20,000 nucleotides of DNA from Catajapyx aquilonaris. Lineage: Eukaryota. The position numbers were made by a program, and so were the translations under genes. Where the stretch lies: contig KZ538140.1 in NCBI GenBank assembly GCA_000934665.2, positions 182,907-202,906 of the forward strand, written 5' to 3'. Positions 11,151-20,000 of the stretch are shown piece by piece. The notes below the pieces were generated by a model. The model was not told the DNA's origin. It worked only from the letters and a program-made list of their open reading frames with translations, and did no database searches. How positions within the stretch are numbered: position 1 is the stretch's first letter; every line of letters begins with the position of its first letter.

Positions 11151-12118
11151 GGGAGTGTACCGTAGAGGTCAGCAACTCGACAATGCACGTCTTTTTACCC
11201 GTATCAAAAAGTGTACAGTTTTGTCCTTGAGGGGGTTTGTTGCGCATATGGCTGCCAGTCAGCCGGCATTAACTTCTAACCTGTTACTAATTGGCGTAAT
11301 TTGTTAGGCTGGCAAGCACCGTTTTTTTGTGTGTACTAGTATATCCGTATGTGTAATCCTTCAGGCGTGGTGCTTTTCGTGCGAGATTCTACGAGCTGAT
11401 AGATGGTTTTTCACATGTTTCGAATTGGCAAGGCGCGATTTTTGTGGGTAAGTCCAGAAGCAAGGGCATGAATCACTATGTTAGGCTGGACGTGTTGAAA
11501 AATACTTATACGTATTTATAGATCTGTTGGTGCATTCCGCCGAGTGTTAATGATCTCCGCAACTGGGAGAAATAAATGAGCACCGCGGGGTCAAATATAG
11601 CAGGCATAATCTGTAATAATCCGTGTGTACGTGTATGAGTGTGTTTAGCTAAGTGTTAATTATCGTCTCGGACAAAAAAAATCGATAAATTTTTGTCGCC
11701 TAATCTCGCCGTATGTCGATGACAATTCTTACCGAGCACAGATTGGTCCATTCCGCTGTGTTAATGACCTTCCCAACCGAAATGAAGCTTCCTAGTAAAA
11801 GGTGATAAATTCTCATGTCCTAATCTGTAATAAGGCGTGCCATATATTTCAGTGTGCATAAATATAATCAGTCAACTTGATTAAAAAAATATTCTTCGTT
11901 ATTAAAATTATTTTTTTTCGCATTTTGTAAAGGATGGGCGGGTTGGAAGCAACCACACCCCTTGACTCTTCAACCTTTTTCCTTCTCTCAAAAAGCATAC
12001 GAACCGTGAGGCAGTATCCGGGTGATTATTCAGCGAAAACCCCAACGCCCTTTGTGCCTATGGGCACCTACAGCCGCATCTTAACTAAGCCAACCTCATT
12101 ACGTGAAACTCACCTTGC

Positions 12119-12133
12119 AAAAAAAAAAAAAAA
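12119..12133. repeat. A15 homopolymer
   Basis: Read directly. Confidence 0.95.
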
Positions 12134-13333
12134 TCCTTATTGATTAGAGCATTCCTTCTTAGGGACTTACGTTCTCTTTTTTTTCTTCTTCTTTTCTTTC
12201 TGTTCGCAAGCCACGATCCTTCTCTCCGCCACTTGCTCAAGTGGTTCATTTCACTTGATAATTGGACAAAAGTTCTGAACGGCGGTAATGTCTGGGATTT
12301 TCGAGGGAGGAAGGCGAAGGGGGAGTAGTGGGGGGGAGGGAGAGAGCCTCTTCTACTTTTCTTCAGCGACACAAGTGTGCAACCCGTTCCCTGTAATGAA
12401 AGGGGAGTCGTGATTTGAAAACTGGATGCCTTGCCCTGGAACATTTCCTAAGTCCAACGTTTTAATTGCCCTTCCCTCCTCCAAGCATTTTCTTGAACGT
12501 CGAGAGAGCGTGGATGGCAAGGGAAAAGAAGGGTGACACCCAAAATTCATTATTTGGAAGGGGGGAGGGGAGGGTGTGTTTATGCAAAAATTAGGGGGTT
12601 GCGCCAAGGTGTGTCAATTTGATTGCAGGCGGAGGTCGGGGACCTGTAATTGTCGCGGTGTTTTATAGTTCATACGTGAAAGAATATATGTGAGCCTTTG
12701 GGGCATCAAACCCATTGTTGATAAATGATACTGTAAGTAATTATTCATATACGCTCATGGGTCGATTGAGCAAAAATTCAGCTAAATAATTGATCTAAAT
12801 ATTTTTAATCGTGTTCATTTTTAGTGGTTAGTCTACCACATGAATATTTTCTCTCCAGATGCCGAATTGCAGTTTGGCCTAAGGATTAAAGTCAAATCCG
12901 TGTCCGTTGCGTGGCAGTTGCCATATGACATGCAGGCGTGGGCATCGAGCCCTAGGGCCTGGTTTTAGGAACTGGTTTCATCCTAACAGATGTTCCCCAA
13001 TATTGATGATTCTGCTGATAAGGCCAGTTCATATTAATCCTTTCCATTCATCCTTGTAGATTATTTCCTTTAAAAATGGCAGGGTGGACATCTGCTCATG
13101 AGGTGGTCAATTTTTGCCCTGATTTATTCCATGTATAATGTTAAAGTTAAGGAATATAAGAAAAGGGAGCCCAATGTCTTCATCATTGATCTTTCCCTTC
13201 TGCCCCCTTTCTTTTTTTTACGAGCAAGTAACATTTCTTGGGCCATCAAGGGAGGTCTTTTCCTCCCCTTTCCTTCCCCTCCACATCCTTGCCACCCAGG
13301 GAACGGTGCGTGGAAGAAAAAAAAAAGAAGGCA

Positions 13334-13361
13334 GGGGGGGGGGGGGGGGGNGGGGGGGGGG
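13334..13361. repeat. Poly-G run (27 G plus one N); length uncertain
   Basis: Read directly. The N at 13351 indicates assembly uncertainty. Confidence 0.9.
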
Positions 13362-13576
13362 ATGAAAAAAAAGGAGAAAAAGGAACTTGGAAATGTCGGA
13401 GGTTAAGAACACGGTCGTAAAACCGGCCTGTTTATGCCTACGCCCTCGGTCTAAGTCTGGCCGGATAAGTAGGTTACATCCCTTCTTAATTCCCGCACAT
13501 TAGCTCTCACATCTACTACCTCAGCTTGTACGGATTAAGTTTATTTCGCATAAGTTGGAAACGCGGGGGTGGGGAT

Positions 13577-13593
13577 GAAGAAGAAGAAGAAGA
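13577..13593. repeat. Short (GAA)5GA repeat
   Basis: Read directly. Confidence 0.9.
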
Positions 13594-14670
13594 TCTAGAA
13601 GAAGGCCTAAGGCATAGACTGGAATATGGGCTCTTACCCCCAATTCTACGAGTAAGGAGATGAGTCCCAGAGGTCCTGTGAAGCGATAGGCACAACCCAT
13701 TCCATCCCCCCGAAACACTCCTTGGCAGTAGGCAAGGCCAGGCACAGGCTCCTCGGGCCATAAATTTTGCTCTAAGTGCATTAGGCCTGCTAGGAGATGG
13801 CAGGAACCAGGAAACAAATTTCGAAGAGGGGAAGAGGGAGGGGGTGGAGAAAAAAAAGAGGACGTGACGTCATGAGCAAAATTGCAGTTGACAGGACCAT
13901 TGCAAGGTGGTTCCTACAGTGTGTTCCAGAAGTTATTTTTTTAAAGCAAATTATCTGAAATACTCAACGGCCGTCCGCGATATTTACATCGATACGGTAT
14001 TTCTCCTATTTTCAACATAATAATAGCATCAAATATTTTAAAAAATACAATTTGTCCATGCTACAATACATTCTCTGAAGGGGTGGTTTTTTTGATCATT
14101 TTTATGTATTTGGTGGTCATGGCAGGATGGCACATTTTTAATACTGTCTGAATCCGACGCATTTAGGGCTCGGAATGGCGGCGTCAGGTGCGGAACTAGT
14201 CAGGCGAATATTTAAAGCTCCGTCGTAATAAGAGGAGTGCCATAAAGCGAGTGTAATTTCAAGCAACTTGCTGATGGCAGCGATAGAGATGGAAAAGAGA
14301 AGTGGAGGGGGGAAAAAAAAGTTTATCCTCCGGAAAACTGTAGTTACATTGAAACTAGGAACTCTTTTTTTTTAGCTGACTAAAGAGCGCACTCCAATTT
14401 GATCCATTAGTTACAGTGGATACTTCGCAGCTGAAATGCTGCAATGAAATACTGTATGGAAAACCGCGTACTGCATAATGCACCTCCAGCCAGCAAAAGA
14501 GCTATTGTCAAAACTTGTGGGGCCTCCGTCTAGAAAATCTAGACATCTAAGAAAAGTTGCTTTCACCTTTTAAGGAGGCTCGTGAGTCACGGATGGCTTT
14601 TTGGGAAGACTTAGTTGGTTATTCGTGATGCCTTGCTGCCTCCCCCTGTATATATACACACCCTACCCTC

Positions 14671-14693
14671 GGTCTCAATTGGTGGTTGAGACC
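14671..14693. other. Hairpin GGTCTCAA-N7-TTGAGACC
   Basis: Perfect 8-bp inverted repeat, extendable by two G-U pairs in RNA. Confidence 0.7.
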
Positions 14694-14772
14694 AGGCTTA
14701 CAACTTCTACAGTATTTGGCCAACGTAACGTAGCTCCTTGAATGGAGGTTTTGTTTCAAGCTGTGGTTTTCC

Positions 14773-14830
14773 ATGCTCTTGGCTGGTTTATAAGCCTAGT
14801 TCAAAAACTGAGAAGCACAGCCAAGAACAT
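14773..14830. other. Imperfect stem-loop ATGcTCTTGGCTG ... CAGCCAAGAaCAT
   Basis: 12 of 13 positions pair (14773-14785 with 14818-14830), with a few further pairs inward. Confidence 0.65.
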
Positions 14831-14866
14831 CCCCCTGGCTGGCACATTCCTAACGTAGAGCCCCAG

Positions 14867-14885
14867 TAGGTTAGGTTAGGTTAGG
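14867..14885 (+). repeat. Short interstitial TAGG(TTAGG)3 tract (arthropod-type telomere motif)
   Basis: tagg-ttagg-ttagg-ttagg read directly. TTAGG is the common arthropod telomeric repeat (established). Confidence 0.8.
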
Positions 14886-15557
14886 CTACTTCTGACAGAA
14901 GACATTAGCTCTGCAATATAACAATCTTGTGGAGCCAGAGGCGTACGGCCATACATTGGGGAAATCAATCGATCCCTAACAATCGCACAATTAACGTCCC
15001 GTGGGGAGGCCAGATGACGTGATTAATGGGCATCAGTTGCGACACACATGATCTAGGATAGATTGAGCGGTGCCGTTTTAATTCCGGCCGTTACATGTCG
15101 ACGTAATTGAATGCGGCCGAATCCGAGAGGAACAGGGCTCGTAAATAGGGAGAGAAGTGCGACAAAGCTCCATCCCCAAAAATAGAGTATCTACGATTTA
15201 ATTGGAGACTTCCTGGCTATTTGTTTTAATCTTGGTGCAATTCGCGTTAGTAAATGGCAGTTAGGCCTATGCGGCAATAAAACAGTGCAGCGTATTATTT
15301 TCCTGATAGACGGGGCTGATAACAAGTTTCTTGCCGCACACTAAATTGCTGTTATCTTAAGGAGTGGTATATCTACTTGGTGCCTTAAGGGCCGAGCCAG
15401 ATAACCCACACGCACTGGAATAATGGGAAAAAAGTACAATTATTTACGATGCCCAGAGACGTAATGACCTTTCTTATCTGGTAATCCCCGACTTTTAACC
15501 CCACCTTGTAAGACCCACACTATTTATGGAAAATCTTTGTTGAATATTTTGAAAATC

Positions 15558-15652
15558 TGTCACCAAATTTTTAAATTGGAAGGCTGTGACCAATTTTACG
15601 ATATAAAATTTTTGAGTTTTTTTTTAATGTGACCAAATTGGTGACGTCAGTG
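15558..15652. mobile_element. Cluster of four GT(G/C)ACCAA(A/T)TT motifs ending in CAGTG; possible DNA-transposon terminus relic
   Basis: TGTCACCAAATTT 15558-15570, TGTGACCAATTTT 15585-15597, TGTGACCAAATTG 15628-15640, inverted copy 15635-15645, and CAGTG at 15648-15652 (CACTG on minus). No partner terminus or TSD found. Confidence 0.35.
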
Positions 15653-15653
15653 A

Positions 15654-15746
15654 ACTCCTGAAAATGCAGTCTCCATCCTCATGCATTTCCAGTAGACGTA
15701 ACTGAATCTCCCCAAGGCTGCTTGAATAATGCATGGTAATGTTGTC
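15654..15746 (-). pseudogene. OTU-family cysteine protease (deubiquitinase) N-terminal catalytic-motif fragment
   Basis: Translation DNITMHYSSSLGEIQLRLLEMHEDGDCIFRS within ORF 15818-15624 fits the OTU pattern L-x4-h-x-h-x-x-h-x-x-D-G-x-C-h-F-R-[AS]. The Cys codon is at 15668-15666. Similarity ends immediately after FRS and the frame stops at 15624. Confidence 0.55.
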
Positions 15747-16283
15747 TAACAGCAGACCCCAATACCAAAGCTCCCAAACCCTACTCACTCCCAGCCACGA
15801 GCCACCCATACACCCCAAAAAACTAGAATGAAAAATTCATGCAATTATGCACCGTCGTTGCATTTTCGTCGAACTTTGGAATCCCTGGGAACAAATGGGA
15901 GGTTTGAGGGCATGGAAAAAAAATTAGTTGAGGTGACTCCTGTGTGAAGTGAGGGGATAATCCGTAATTTAATTAAAAAGGTGGCAAACTCAAAATTTGC
16001 GGTGGTGAATAATTTCTGGCGCAATAACGTCCCTTTGTTGATCTGAAACCCGAAGCAAGTGGGCAGTATAAGGGTCCAACAGAGGGGGACGTTCAGTGTC
16101 CATATAAATCTCTAGGTGGTAGATTGACGCCGAAAAACCGGGCTTTACGATCACCATAAGCCAGATTTAGGTGAAAGAAGACTTCATAAAGGGCCAGGTG
16201 GCCTAGGTTTACGCTATTTTTCCAACATGGCAGCCATGAATCATCCGGGGACTTTCGGGACACTCTTGGAAAGAAGGGAGAGG

Positions 16284-16775
16284 TTAACTGCCAGGGTTGT
16301 TGCCAATGGGCTCATTACAATGGCGGCATTCGGTCTTCTTCCTTTCTTTATTTTTTACCTTCTTTGCCCTCTTTAGTGCTGCTAAAATGCCAGCACCACC
16401 TGTGTATGGGGCGTCAACCTTTCCTGGAAACAAAAGGCCCGCCTGACATTTACCTTCGGCCGTTTCGGTGCGGTATGGAAAAAGTTTTCGGCCCAGAGAT
16501 TGCTCGTCCCAAGCGACGCAATTGTTGGACCTCCCATGGTTGAGCACAGTATGGGGGTTGACCTTTGCAGGTAAAATTGGAAGCCTCACATTTGCACTTG
16601 AAAAGTACACCAGCCTTGAGGCTGAACTTATGCCCTGGTGGGTATTAGAAATATGGGTAGTCAACTTCCACATTTTTTGACCCATAGTGTAGTCACTTTC
16701 AGGAGTAAGGTAGCAGACCTGAAGCTCAAAATAGCCTCCCTCTTCCTGATTGGGGGCTATATTGAGCTGCAGGTC
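16284..16775 (-). other. 163-codon open frame, possible exon or decayed coding relic
   Basis: ORF 16685-16284 extends stop-free upstream to 16775 (DLQLNIAPNQEEGGYFELQVCYLTPESDYT-MGQK...). CTGCAG acceptor-like site at 16772-16767. Basic stretch followed by CRHC near the end. No family recognised. Confidence 0.25.
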
Positions 16776-17272
16776 TTACTCATGGAAGTGAGTAACTTAC
16801 GCCTGAATAGGTCGGAAAAATTTGTTTTTTTTTAAAGGGCGGTACTCTATGGCCATTTCTGTTGAGAAAAATGAGTGAATGAGGGCCCATTTCTGCTAGT
16901 TTAGATTGGTCACACAGCTGGAGCCGCCATTTAGAGGGCCCAATGATAGAAAAGCATGGCCCCGCTTCTAATGAGGACCGGCAAAGTGCACAAAATTACT
17001 GCCCCTAAAAATATACGGACCTTTTTTTTTTGGAGGTTCTGGGAAGCTACACAAAGCTACAATTTTTGTGTGTGCTTTACTGCAACGTGTGTATAATAAT
17101 TAAGGCTTGGTTTATGCCCCATGCAAATAACTGTCACCTGTTCTCTACTCCAATTATTGTGTCGTCGAAAACAGTTTTGGCTTTAAAAAGAAGTTAAAAT
17201 CTAAAAATTTGATCTCCCTCCTGGTAGTAACATCGTAAAACTCTTTTACAATCCGGCTACTCCCCTCCAACC

Positions 17273-17291
17273 TTTTTTTTTTTTTTTTTTT
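17273..17291. repeat. T19 homopolymer
   Basis: Read directly. Confidence 0.95.
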
Positions 17292-19937
17292 GGTGGGGGA
17301 TCTCCCTCAGGTAGTACGTATGTGAAACGGGTGACCCAACTCGTAACTGCATGGCGGTATTTTCGAAACAATTCAACTCGACGCCATAAAACAGCCCATA
17401 TTTCACCCGTTTTAATGGTAGTACACTGCACCTTCACGCTTTGGCTAAATCCAATGGCTGGAGTCATAACCAGGTTGTTACAAGCGTGGGTGGGGTTGGA
17501 AATATATATGTAAAAAAAACAGCTCCAATCAATCATTAGCCATAAAACCCCCTCTCTATTGATTGGCACTCTACGACATGAAGTTTTCGCGTCGATCAAT
17601 TTATAACCGGGTTAATCTGTGATGAAACTGCTGACAAGATCGCGGTCTAATGACGGGGTAATTGTAACACAGAAGCCCTACCCTCCCATATATGGCCGCC
17701 AACTATACGGAGTCATAAATTTCTACGCATGATGTAAATTATGGCATGGCCATTGTGAACGTCCATCAGCGTGAAGGCGGTGGAAAAAAAAAATCATTCA
17801 TTGTCGATTTGGAAACAAGTGGAAATTTCCTATATACCCCCCACTTTTTAGGCTAGAACTGGGATTAAAATTGAAAGTTGTAATCCGGTCTGAGTGTTTC
17901 CAGAAGTTCTGAAAGCATCAGGGACACAGGCCCCAGAGGTCGTTAATATCAAAACACGTCTGTTTTTTTTTTAAAAAAAGTGGTGAAGTTTTTATATTGA
18001 AAGTGGACTGGTTTTACGAAATATTTGGTTGGTCACGAACCCATTCTAGCCCTGTCTCTATATATATTTTTTCAAATTCTTTATTTCGTGTGTGGAAGCG
18101 TGTGTAGGCGATCCAAGGTTGCGTGCGGTGCGTGGGGACAAAACATTTTTTTGATTAATGCTACGAAGGACTGTGGTATCGAAGTGATGGCTAAACAGGC
18201 TTTTGGGGCGTAGTCTTGTACCATTTGTATCTCAAGGGGATGTAGTATATATATGTTTGGGGGAGGGGGGGGGGAGACGATGGGAACAGAATATGGACCA
18301 GTTATTTTCTCAAACCCTTGGGAAAAATTGAGGACAAAAAAATATATCCGCATTTCTGCATCGACGTACCGGGGAGTTCATTAAGTTAAAAACTCGGCTG
18401 GAAAAATCGTTAGTTAGTAACAACCTACAGGCTATGAAATTGGGGGTGGGGAGAAACGTCTTTGGAATAAAAGCAAGAGCTTTCCTCCCCCTCCCCCCCC
18501 CCAAAAAAAAGTGTGGGGGGGGGGGAAGAGAAATTCCGATAATGCATAATGGAGGTACCCGGCTGAGCTGCAGTATTGGAGAAGGCTATAACTCATATAT
18601 GCAGCAAATACATCGTTTTCAGCTCGAATTAAGCCGCTTTCACGCGATCACGTGACATTTTTATCTGCAAGGGGTCGTATTTTTGTACAAATGAAATCAA
18701 AAAGACTTATTAGTCCTATTTCGTGCCCTTGATGAATTCGGTTGAGAATGTTAAAAAAAGGGTATGCGGAGACTGAAGATTAGCGGTTATAATCGCAGCA
18801 GACCTTGACTTGCTAGCGATGAGTCACGATTTAAAATTATCGCAGATTTGCAGATTAGTTCGGAGGGAGAGAGGAATCGCTCTATCTTAAAAAAAAAAGT
18901 TACTACAAATTGCGGTCTTAAATATGCCAGTAATTTTTTTTTTGGTCGGCGTGTGCCATGGGAAAAGGTAAATGTGCTTGTATAACGGTGAAATGAATGT
19001 TATTAGGAGCAGTTTGGGGCCTTTTCTTCAATTTCCTTCTAGCTGAGACTTCAACCACACACACTTTTCACTTTTATAATCTAGTCGGGACAGGCCCGTT
19101 CAGGTGAGACGCTAATTACCATGGCAGGCATCGCCCTCAGGACGAATGAGACCTTTTGACCCAAAGGACAGGAAGCAATTGAATCCAACCTAGGTTACGC
19201 CCCTACACACAAAAAATGTCCATAAAAAATTTGGACCACTGCCTATGTTTTATGTGGTTCATTTGAAGACCTAACAATCAGAGTCGTACTAGAATAATTT
19301 TGGAAGTATACCACGTTGCATTGTTTTCATTATTGTATTCAGTGCGATATATTCTTGCTGATTATGGTACATAATTCTGCGATCTACTTGTTATAGGTAC
19401 TGTTGATTTGTGTATACTGTTTACTGTAGGTGTGTATAGGGCTATGCCACACACTCATATCCAGAAAACTATTTTTAGGAATATGTGTCCCAACTGGCCA
19501 GTATATGACGGGGAAGTCCCTGTCGTCCTTTTTTGGACCGATTCCAACTCACCTTTTGTGCTCCCGAGTACGTCAGTAAAGGTCAGCAAAAGATCCGCAG
19601 GAGCAATTGATCCTGGATGATGACGCCTGTGTTGGAGGGAGGGTCGTTTACAGAACCACCCCCTTCCCATCCCTGGCTTTTCACCCCCTTCACTTTCTGC
19701 CCTCACCCCAAGCGCAAATAAGAAGCCAGGCCTAGAGTAAACATTGCCATATGGAAAACCACCCTTCTCAAGTGTTGCTGTACGAAAATGGGAAGCCTGG
19801 CAAGGCAACACTATCCTCTTTTTTTATATATATGGAGGAGAGTACTGAACTGTAATTATGTAATATACATACCGAGGTGGTGGATATAGGGAACTGTAAT
19901 CAATGTTTGTGTACTGCTGCAGGGATCCCCAGTCAAA

Positions 19938-19966
19938 ATATCCATATGGATGATACATATGGATAT
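19938..19966. repeat. 11-bp perfect inverted repeat ATATCCATATG-N7-CATATGGATAT
   Basis: Read directly. It overlaps the 12-bp palindrome ATCCATATGGAT (19940-19951). Confidence 0.8.
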
Positions 19967-20000
19967 CGTGTTGTTTTCGGTACACCAAATCAACACAACA

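Noticed and set aside
10509..11339. Helitron-like ends TCTATACTAA ... CTAG-T
   Set aside because: The 5' TC is preceded by G rather than A, and there is no convincing GC-rich hairpin before the CTAG.
9473..12925. 14-bp inverted match TATGGCAACTGCCA / TGGCAGTTGCCATA
   Set aside because: About one such match is expected by chance; no TSD or internal transposase.
13098..13420. Several ORFs with poly-Gly, poly-Pro or poly-Lys
   Set aside because: Generated by G- and A-homopolymer runs around an ambiguous base.
13490..13867. Plus-strand frame with acidic stretch DEEEEEDLEE and two internal TGA codons
   Set aside because: The acidic stretch is the (GAA)n repeat. Two stops in ~126 codons is not clearly non-random, and no homology was recognised.
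15847..16055. Plus-strand peptides IFVELWNPW (calpain NPW-like) and DLKPE (kinase-like)
   Set aside because: Very short matches without flanking family motifs; expected by chance in six-frame translation.
18493..18525. C10-N12-G11 potential hairpin
   Set aside because: Made only of homopolymer runs, which are abundant throughout the window.

Overview
This 20 kb window reads as eukaryotic, essentially non-coding DNA (intergenic or long intron). It has intermediate GC by eye, many A/T/G/C homopolymer runs, a (TAT)n microsatellite, a short TTAGG tract and one N inside a G-run. No ORF exceeds ~170 aa, and I see no operon, rRNA, tRNA or CRISPR array. I cannot recognise any complete gene and I do not see a convincing novel multi-gene system. 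The best signal is a minus-strand fragment matching the catalytic-Cys motif of OTU deubiquitinases (LGEIQLRLLEMHEDGDCIFRS, 15716-15654). It breaks off exactly where a CACTG-initiated cluster of four GTSACCAAWTT repeats begins, which suggests a decayed OTU gene or OTU-bearing transposon interrupted by a DNA-transposon end. Other candidates are a CpG-rich promoter-like island (10505-11150) with a perfect nuclear-receptor DR1 element, a hairpin cluster next to TTAGG repeats (14671-14890), two minus-strand AG|GT recursive-splice-like sites, and a few low-confidence exon models. The taxon cannot be determined; TTAGG and the TCAGT Inr-like motif only weakly hint at an arthropod. All calls were made by eye without database searches.
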